33,618 nucleotides of DNA from Octopus sinensis (taxonomy: Eukaryota). The position numbers and the translations under genes were made by a program. Shown here in pieces: positions 1 to 8,662 of the stretch. The stretch covers positions 1 through 33,618 of the forward strand of contig NW_021831718.1 in NCBI RefSeq assembly GCF_006345805.1, read 5' to 3'. The first letter of the stretch is position 1. Each line of letters begins with the position of its first letter. The notes beneath the pieces were generated by a model, which searched no databases, was not told the DNA's origin, and was given only the letters and a program-made list of their open reading frames with translations.

Positions 1-303
1 GCTTCTGAGATTTTATTATGTAAAACGACTATTTGATTTTTAAGTTGTTTATTTGTCTCCTGTTGAGCTTCGTACATTTTTTTCCACCGATTTTCTATTT
101 TTTGTTATTCAAAACGTTTACCGCCATCTGCATCTGATTCAATGTCATCTTGAATTTTGTTTATTTTAATTTTCAAGGCCTTTATTGAATTATCGATGAC
201 TTTTCTTGTTGTTTTAATTAAAAATATAAAAATTATTATCAATATACTTCATTTCCTCTTCCTCAGCTATTTTTTGCTTCAATTCTTTCGATTTTTCCGA
301 CAT
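1..303 (-). CDS. CCDC169: CCDC169-like coiled-coil protein, 5' part (runs off window start)
   Basis: Removing introns 205-247 (43 nt) and 95-121 (27 nt) gives MSEKSKKLKQKIAEEEEMKKVIDNSIKALKIKINKIQDDIESDADGENRWKKMYEAQQETNKQLKNQIVVLHNKI. This aligns from memory with CCDC169 (LKQQLLEE...[29 protein letters not shown]). Confidence 0.6.
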
Positions 304-803
304 TACAAACAAATATCAATAATTAGAAGATTTAGGGCTACTATGCAACATTTCTTTATTTTTAAATTAAGCTAACCAGTTATTAACATAAAAATATTTA
401 ATATATTATTACAAATATTACCTATACCTCAATAATATTTTATTAGTAAGGTTTATTTAGTACATAAGAAAATTGAAAAAATATTTTAATTTAATTTTTA
501 AGGTTCTCTGTAATCTTAAATGTATATCTAAATTTAAAAATTAGTATTTAAGGCACGTTCCTGACTATTTAAATGCAAACAAACTACAAAAAACTCTAGA
601 TATTGATAAGAATAAGAATATGATTACTAGGGCGATTTTTTAACATAAAAAATAAAAACTAAACTTTATTAATCAAAAAACTAAAAAAATTACCCCACAA
701 ATTTAACTTTATAACTTTAATAAAAGGACTAGAGAAAAAAGGTCATTGGCGGATAGCCAGAGTATTGCCTCTGACTATGGCTATGGATATTCGTTCGGTT
801 AAA

Positions 804-842
804 TACCGGTGCTCACACGGGTCGCCGGTAACCCTTTCTACT
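804..842 (+). mobile_element. possible Helitron-like 3' terminus (GC-rich hairpin followed by CTAC-T)
   Basis: TACCGG (804-809) pairs with CCGGTA (825-830), followed 7 nt later by CTAC then T. The canonical end is CTRR, so the match is imperfect. Confidence 0.25.
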
Positions 843-903
843 TTATAACTAAACAATAAATATACTAAAACTGCTTGCTACACATACAATACTTTTCTTA
901 ATG

Positions 904-1480
904 TCACCATCCATTAATTTTTTCCTCATGATTTATATTTTCATTATTTTTATCTTTAATGTTTCCGCCATTGTCCATCTCTTCTATTGTATCATTTTCT
1001 GCATATTCATATGCAAGAAATTCTTCAATATCCAACGGATCAAAAATATCTGTCCTTTCTATTGGTATACTATTATTATTTAGAATTAAGAAACAATTTG
1101 AAATGGTATGTTGCGATACATCTTTCCATGCCATTTTAACAAATATCACAACATTCTTTAATGTGAGCTTTCTACATGAACTATAAACAAATATTTCTTG
1201 ATGTTCTAACAAATCCGTTAAATATGCAAGTTTGTGCTTATTGAAATGCGTTTTGAAATTTTTTATAACTCCCAGGTCCATTGACTGGACCAAGCCTGTA
1301 GTATTTCGCGGTATAAACATGATTTCAATATTAGACAAATTTTCTGGTATGTAATGGGAAGGACAGTTATCCAAAATAAGCAAAATTTGTTTTCTCTAAT
1401 TTTAAATTCAAATCAAAGTTTAGAGCTATAAAATTTGTGGCCAATTTGAGAATTCCTCAATTCCCCATTTAGCCTAATTT
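904..1480 (-). mobile_element. pogo/Tigger DDE_1 transposase fragment (C-terminal half)
   Basis: ORF 904-1383 has LILDNCPSH...LVQSMDLGVIKNFK...AWKDVSQHTISNCF, with 30 residues between the 2nd and 3rd catalytic Asp. Upstream frames are broken. Confidence 0.85.
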
Positions 1481-1814
1481 AATATAACTTATGCGGTGCT
1501 TACACAATTGTGTCTAAATATTACAAAATTTAAATAAGATCGCTTAAAGAAATCCTTTATTTTGTCAATTGTGCTTAGAACATATCGGAGAGTATGCTAA
1601 TAGAAAAAATAAATTTTGATTACAAATAAATAGCAAAAAATACTAACAATTAATAAATTGATTAGTTTTAAAGTAGAATTAAAGATCAAACAATAATAAA
1701 ATCAAAAAATTATTTAATTGAGTCCATATTAACTTGAATTTGGACACTAGTTCTATTACCCGTAGGATAAACAATTTTAGTGCCTCTTTCTAAATAGTTA
1801 AACCAAAACAACAT

Positions 1815-3177
1815 CTAACGAATATCCGCAGACGGATGGAGATCAAAATACTCTGCAGTCGTCATAGATTGGCTGTCTGCTTTTTTATCCGTCCCACTGT
1901 CACTATCAATTCGAATTCGCTTCGAAGTTGAATATAACGGCTTCACTCTCTACAAAAATTCACAAAATCACTACAACCTTTGCCTGTTTTTTGCCAGTCT
2001 TTACATTTGAGGCCAACAAACCCCTCAGAGCCTCATAATTTGGTTTTTCGTCATATTCAAGAGCAGCAACCTGCTCAACAAATCCCAAAAGTCCAGGTGG
2101 TGGTTTAGAAGTAGAAAAACACGTTTTTATAAACTTTTTTGGGTTTTTTAAATGTCTAAATAATAATTATATTCCTGTGATACTCGTCTTTTAATTTGGC
2201 GACAGAACTCGCGTCTGATGTGACGGCATCCCACGGAAGAAAACCACACAACCAGCGAATAAGACAAAATACAAGTATTTCAAAGTCTCCTCTCCTCGAA
2301 GGATCAGCACCCATGTGTGAATCTCTGCTGGTGAACTCGATAGTTCCATTATGACACTTTTTTGGCTTTGGAGTATATTTTTTATGAACTCCATTGGCAG
2401 TATACCGATATGACAATCCAAAATCTGCCAAAACATACTAAATCAATTCACCCACACCAACAAACCCTATCTCTGAAGTTTTTTGCTAAAGAACTCAGCA
2501 AATTGGAAGCTTTGATGTCAGCATGGACATACTCATGTTCGTGTAAGTATTCCAAAGCGTTAACCTGCAGTAATAAAATGAAAAATTAACAATGTCAATA
2601 GAAATCTGATATGCCTCATTGACGGTGAGTTTATAATTCTTGCAGGACATGATCTTTGATTGAAGGTCATCTCCAAATCTGTCCATAACAAGAAACCGAT
2701 ATTTTCTTCCTCCATAATTATGAAGTCCAAATCCGACATAACGCGGGAGACCAATAAAGGATAAATTGTGATCAATACACCACTTACTCACTATTTTAAA
2801 TTAAATTCGACTTTATACAATTGTTTTCGTTTAATGCTCGAATATAAACTTGTTTTTCACAGAAGAGAGGACCGCTTTCGTTGGCTTCCAATTTAATGAC
2901 ATATTTCGCTTGAGAATACGAATTGTTAAGCAATCCGACATTCATATGAGCTAATATAATTATTGATTTATTTAAAAATAAATTATATGTTTGTGATATT
3001 TTATGGTTAACCTGTATGGATAAATCCAAACCCGCCTTTTGCAAAAAGAGGGCCAAGACACCAGCTCACATTAGAAGCGTCGGTAAGGATCTCTCCTATT
3101 TCCATTTCATCAACTGACTTATCAACTATAAAGGCATTATTTTTAATATAAATACCTTTTCTTTTAGAACGAGGCAT
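1815..3177 (-). CDS. VRK1: vaccinia-related kinase (VRK1/ballchen-like), about 7 introns, mostly 26-30 nt
   Basis: The spliced product has [86 protein letters not shown] and YDEKPNY, which are VRK-specific CK1-group motifs. The exact last exon is uncertain. Confidence 0.9.
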
Positions 3178-3982
3178 ATTATTTAACAATAAAAATCGCA
3201 GCACCACAAAAGCAAATAAGCGGCAAAAGATCTATTGTTAATTAATTTGAAATATTATATTAAATTAACTTAATTTATTTAAATTCGACATCGAGAGTTA
3301 TTCTTGACTTTTACCGATTCTAAACAAACATAGCTTACTAAAACATACTAAAAATTGAATAACTTCTATTATAGACAAAGAAAAGTATTTTAGTGTAAAA
3401 CAATGGCAGGTGTCAATACACTGAAATCTGTCATAAGTCGCCATAAATAATTATTTATGTTAAAATAATTACGTTACCATAATGGCTCATACCCAGGTAC
3501 AAATGATGCAAAGTACAATTTACTGAAATCCATCTTTGAATGGCAAAACCGGGGATAGTTTGAAAGTTAGAAAGTTCTGACTAAAAGAGAAAGCTGCAAA
3601 TTTTTTTTTTTATTGAGGGAAAGCTATATCAGCAAAATACCAATCGAGTTCACAAGCTCGCTTTAATAATCACAAAAGAACAAAATCATTGATCAAGAAA
3701 TCTACGTAACAAATCATTATGGGCATAATCTTCTGATGCACTTTGCACAAAGAAATTTTTTGTAATCAATTAACACATCATTCGTCAAGTCGTAAGTGAG
3801 TGTAATATATGGAAATTTGCTGTGATACTACAAAAGTATGACGATTCGGCCCACATTATCGCTGATTTACCTAACGACAAGTTTTGAGTCGATTTGATAA
3901 ATTTTAAAAGGTTTAAAGTTTATTAGTTATTATTGTAGATTTGAAAATACAAATGATCTTTTTTCTTTGTTATTTTGTATTA

Positions 3983-4078
3983 GCGCTCGGAATAAAGACA
4001 GGGATATATTCAAAATATGCATGTATCAAAATTCATCAAGAAAAATTTGGATGCGCTCGGAATGGAGACAGGGATATA
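3983..4078. repeat. two 26-bp direct repeats, 70-bp period
   Basis: GCGCTCGGAATAAAGACAGGGATATA at 3983-4008 and GCGCTCGGAATGGAGACAGGGATATA at 4053-4078 (2 mismatches). Confidence 0.85.
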
Positions 4079-4379
4079 CCTATGACAATCAAAAAGGTCT
4101 TCACCACAACTAACACTGGGATAATATTTTTTAACCCGGTTAAAAAATCCCATCAATTTTTGTGGTGTTAATTTTTTTTGCGTCTACTTCAATTTCTTTG
4201 AACAGTCTTAGCCTATATTTAGAAATCGGAGAATTATCCGGAGTTTTGTTATAGTTGAGAATTATTGACATCTTTTCTATTTTTCTGTATCAAGCCAATT
4301 TTGTACCGTTGTAAGAGACACGAATATTGAATAATTAGGAGATTTGTTTATTACGAAGAATTCGGTCAAGTGTTCGAAA

Positions 4380-4815
4380 GCTTCATGGACGGGAAGCCGA
4401 CTCAAGGATTAGAGCGTACTATCGCAATGGATATCCGCTCGAAAAACCATCTTGATTCGCGGGCGTCGCCTGTGATAGCAGACATGCGGGACCCGATCTC
4501 CTGAACGAAGCTGATTGCCTTACTGCCCAAGGAACCGGAAGTCTCAACCGCGAATGGATAGAATTGGAACTTCTCCGTAAGTGAGGAGTACTTCCGCATC
4601 TTTTTGCATTCCGCGGTTGTGACAATAGATCCAGGGTCGGATGCGGACATCAGCAGGTTCTGAGGCGATAAAGAGTCCACACACGTGGCATCCCAGGTAA
4701 GAGACTTCCCCCTGTTGAGGGGAAACACAGTGATCCCGTCAGGCCTTTTTCCGTCCCCCCGATCGATCCCAGAAAGTTCAAGCAGTGAGGGAATTCCGGC
4801 GACAAAGAATGTGCG
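4380..4815 (-). mobile_element. CRE-like RLE non-LTR retrotransposon, 3' fragment (copy A)
   Basis: GIDRGDGKRPDGITVFPLNRGKSLTWDATCVD...ECKKMRKY...FYPFAVETSG...TGDARESRWFFERISIAIVR is a PD-(D/E)xK restriction-like endonuclease of CRE-type elements. The patch is GC-richer than its flanks. Confidence 0.8.
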
Positions 4816-4834
4816 TAGAAATTAAGAAATAATT

Positions 4835-5097
4835 GAATAATTATTCTTTCAAAGTGATCTGAGGATCAGCTTCAATGCAACTGATTAATTCATTTATAAT
4901 TATTTGACTTTTTTGAATGTTTATTACCTCCTTTTTGATGTCTTTCATTATTTTTATTTTCAATCCAATTATAAGCTGTTTTCAAATTCACTCCAAGAGA
5001 AGAAGATAGAGACTTTAAATCTCCAAAACGTTCAGTGTTTCAATTATTATTTTTTTGTTTCATCACTATATTGGCGATATCTTGTTTTTACAGTCAT
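4835..5097 (-). mobile_element. Tc1/IS630-like transposase N-terminal HTH relic
   Basis: Frameshifted MTVKTRYRQYSDETK...LGVNLKTAYNWI...KGGNKHSK...ISCIEADPQITLKE. Confidence 0.5.
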
Positions 5098-5150
5098 CAA
5101 CCTTTTCAACAACTCTTATAGTTTAGAAATGTTTTTCTTTATAAAAATAG

Positions 5151-5570
5151 TTTGTGAAGTGGAAGAAGTTATTTTGATCACCAATTTGAACATCAATCAA
5201 TTTGAACATTGTTCTGTCGTAATTGGAAGCATTTTCATAATGCCACACTAGTACTTGATTGCAAATCCCTATAATTAGAGAAATTCCAAATGAGAACTTT
5301 AAATATCTAAGTTCGGTTCAGGCGCTGACAGGATTTGTCATGATCTCCGTTCCTGCTAAATTAAAAAATCTTAATTTTCTCAAAAATTTGGAGTATATTG
5401 GCGGAGACAGACTGTATTTGCATTGACTAAGATATTTTAGGTTCGGACCCGATTCAGTTATTATATTTGGAAATTTATATTCGCAAATAACAGAATTAGG
5501 ATTTAAAAAATTTGTAAGAGTCGATAACCTTAGTCGAATTAAAAACTACCATGAGGACCAAAAAACATAA
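5151..5570 (+). pseudogene. receptor L-domain (EGFR/insulin-receptor-like) fragment, probably pseudogenic
   Basis: CEVEEVILITNLNINQFEHCSVVIGSIFI / NFKYLSSVQALTGFVMI...LNFLKNLEYIGGDRL / FGPDSVIIFGN...ELGF, joined by 27-28 nt GT-AG introns. The first splice creates an in-frame TAA. Confidence 0.6.
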
Positions 5571-5582
5571 AAACCAAACGTT

Positions 5583-6196
5583 TATACTTCTCCTTTAGCA
5601 TTTTTTATCTATAATGGGAGATTATTATAGTTCATGTTTTCCCCTCTTTAATGATTTCGAGCTTTGATATCAGGTGAACCATTAATTGTCTTTAAAAGCA
5701 ATTTTTTGCTGAAACGACACGCTTTATTTTTTGTTGAAGTCGTTTTAGAAATTCGGATTTAGAATGCTTTTTGCGTGCCTATTGACTCTACAAAATAGAA
5801 AATTAACGCGAATAAACAAAAATTAAAACAAAGAAACTTCTCAAATATAGAAATCGTCTTCTTATCATTTTTTAATAAAATCTTAAATTATTTCAGGGAA
5901 AATTACAAATAATGCTTTTGGACACCTTTAGAAACGACTGTTTTTAATAGAAAAGGGAGGCCAAAAAAGCTATTTGATTTCGTTGAAATATTTTTATTTC
6001 TCCGTTGAACGAGACCAACAACATTAAAACCAAAGCAGATAATTTTCGAATACATAATGGATGGCCGATTACATTTTATATTGTAAAATCTTAATTTAAG
6101 TTTGAACAAATCATAATATTTTTATCATTGATTAACTTAGAAGAATAATTTATTTTAAAGAAAAATACTTGGACCCTCTATACTTCTCCTTTAGCA
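5583..6196. repeat. 18-bp exact direct repeats flanking about 580 bp
   Basis: TATACTTCTCCTTTAGCA at 5583-5600 and 6179-6196. Confidence 0.8.
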
Positions 6197-6470
6197 CATT
6201 TTAATGAAGACTAGAATTTATCCAGTCGCAATGAGAGGTTCGTTCCATAATGTTTGTATTAACTCAAACCTATTTATAATTTTTTATGTAAACTTTATCT
6301 CCAAAACAAAATTCGTATGTACTATTGTGAACATTCATTTTCCTATTCATTGTCTTATAGTAGGCTGAGTTTCCATCAATCGGTTTATATTAAATTTGAT
6401 TTTTTAGATAATAATGTGTTTATAACTATATGTTATTAATGTATTTAATAAATTAAAAAATATAATTTAA

Positions 6471-7589
6471 ATGGCCATTCAATGTTCTCTCACATGTGTG
6501 TCCTTGTTTTTCTTTATATGTATTTTGTTTTTTTAAATAAATATAGTTTTGGCTATAATTATAGAGATTTCCGATTTTCAGTTATTCTCAGCTAATGAGA
6601 TAACCCAAGCCATTGAGTATAGCCGTTGGCTAATAGGCATGGAAAACTGTCATAATGGATGGACCAAGGCCAATATAACTGGACTTAACGAGTTTATGTC
6701 TTCCAATTTGTTTGGCCAGCCATTTGTACATTCCATCGTAATAAGATCACTCCACAATCATTTATTGGATTTAACATCACAAAAACCTCTTGTTTTATCA
6801 TTCCACGGACCTACAGGAACAGGGAAAAATTTTGTTGCCAAAAACATTGCAAAATATGTAATGGGAAAAAATAAAAGCAGATTTGTACATACTTTTATAT
6901 CAACATTGCATTTTCCGAGTCAAAATTTGATTGAGGAATACAAATCTCAGTTGGCTGCTTGGATTACTGGGAATCTCACTATTTGTCCTTATTCAATTTT
7001 TATTTTTGACGAAATTGAACGAATGCCGCCAACATTGTTAGATTCGGTTACGGGATTTATGGATTATTCTGGAGTTGTTAATAATGTCGACTATGGAAAG
7101 GCAATTTATTTACTTTTAAGGTTTTAATTTACAATAAAAACTTTCAAAAGCAATTCTGGGTCAGGCTTTATCATAAATCGGACCGTTGAACTGTTTATTC
7201 AAGGATATAGTCGAAATTCAATCAAATTTTCTCAAATTGAGAACTTTGTAATGTCCACAATTTATAACGAAAATAGTATTTGTTTGTTTTTGTATATTCT
7301 AGGCGGATATAAGCATAGTTTGTTGATCCAGAAGGCAGTTGTGAGTCACTTTGTTCCATTTTTGCCACTTGAACGTTCCCAATTAGAGGATTGTGCAAGA
7401 CGGGAAATTGAACTAAGTGGTTTAGTGATCTCTTTTGAGAAAGTTGAGGAGATTGTTGGGTCGGTTATAAATCATATGAGTTTTTATCCTCCGAATATGC
7501 CATTTTTCTCAAAAAGTGGATGCAAACGTATTAAGGAAAAGGTGTATTTACATTTTGAATTGGATGGTGGATATGATTTGGATATATAA
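6471..7589 (+). CDS. TOR1: torsin AAA+ ATPase (TOR1A/B-like), 3 short introns
   Basis: Hydrophobic N-terminus, NLFGQ, KPLVLSFHGPTGTGKNFV (torsin Walker A GKN), TLHFP, SIFIFDEIERM (Walker B), FVPFLPLER and SKSGCK (sensor-2). Confidence 0.92.
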
Positions 7590-7829
7590 TTGTTTTTATT
7601 TTGAATAAATGTCTTTTGATTAATGATTGATACTTTTTTTGAAATACCATAATAATAAAATATATAGAAAAACAATCGATTTAAGCTACAACTTTTGAAA
7701 CTGTTTGCTTTTTTCCATTTAATTGAATTTGAATTGAATTATTTTTATTGTTCAAGAAAAAAAACCTAAAGAACAAGAAAAAAGAATAAACAATAAGGCA
7801 CCGAAGTATCTCTTTCTATGCTAACCCCA

Positions 7830-8110
7830 ATTATAATTACTCAACACAGCTCTTCTCCAAGACCATCCCGATCGTAGGCACAGAGAATTCTTTCTAGCCT
7901 TCCGTCAAGTTTTACTCCGTAAGCCAGTTTTAATGCGGAACGTATCGTCTTTTCTAACTGTTCAATAAGGTAGTCACTCTTCTCCGAATCGAACCAGTCT
8001 AGTAACCATATGTGAGGGCTAGGTGTACAGATTTATGTTTCCGAACCCAGATGGAATCTGATGGAACACTCCTTTTCCTCAGATTTGCTACGCGGTCGGC
8101 TTACGGGATA
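7830..8110 (-). mobile_element. decayed R2/NeSL-like non-LTR RT thumb-region fragment
   Basis: The broken frame IRFHL...IEQLEKTIRSALKL...LCAYDRDGLG resembles the IRxAxR/K...YAPxxDGGLG segment of RLE-type RTs. It contains stops. Confidence 0.35.
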
Positions 8111-8149
8111 CGAAAAGTAACAATTAGTTTAAGGCAGCGTTCAGACTAT

Positions 8150-8452
8150 CTGTATTATCAGAGTGGCCGCGAACGTTTGTGTCTTAATAAATTGACAGGT
8201 TTTAATGAATTGTTTCCAAGTAAACATCGCACAACATACACTGCGCCTTATCCACATTGTCTGTTCCAAAAGATTTGGTGAATCCATATTGCATATATGA
8301 GTCATCCCATTTACGCGTTTTATTAACCATAACGAAAAACAAATGAACCATGCTATCAAAATCGATTAAATTATTAAAATCATCTTAATAATAACAAATT
8401 AAAAAATGTTCCGCGTACCCCTAGGGACATGTACCCCCGTTTAAGAAACCTG
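8150..8452 (-). mobile_element. hAT (Buster/Charlie/ZBED5-like) transposon 5' end with TIR and zinc-finger start
   Basis: The minus strand begins CAGGTTTCTTAAACGGGGGTACATGTCCCTAGGGGTAC, then encodes MVNKTRKWDDSYMQYGFT...DKAQCMLC...KPVNLLRH (frameshifted). Confidence 0.7.
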
Positions 8453-8662
8453 GTTTAAGGTATTGTAAATTTTTTTTAAGTCAAACAAAATCACCGTCTT
8501 AACCATTAACTAACACGTTCAGGTGACTAACACACATTCAAACTTTTGGAGAGATCCATAGCATTTTTCATTTAAAAAAGCAAAGAAATCTTAGTAAAAA
8601 ACCTTAATTATAAAAAATAAAATATTTAAATAATTTTAATCCTTGTTAAGACTCGTGTTGTA

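Noticed and set aside
157-2775. Plus-strand ORFs 157-375, 901-1083, 959-1186, 2362-2589 and minus-strand ORFs 2191-2436, 2560-2775
   Set aside because: These are antisense or off-frame shadows of CCDC169, the pogo fragment and VRK1, with no independent motifs.
3480-3900. Possible MULE/SWIM-type transposase relic (IYVTNHYGHN)
   Set aside because: Only one short motif among many stops, which is insufficient to call.
3983-4078. CRISPR-like repeat-spacer appearance (26-bp repeats, 44-bp spacer)
   Set aside because: Only two repeats, a eukaryotic intron-rich context and no cas genes.
4904-5251. 115-aa ORF as a complete gene or full-length EGFR
   Set aside because: Its 5' part is the antisense of a Tc1-like relic, only the last ~33 codons are L-domain, and no kinase or TM exons were found.
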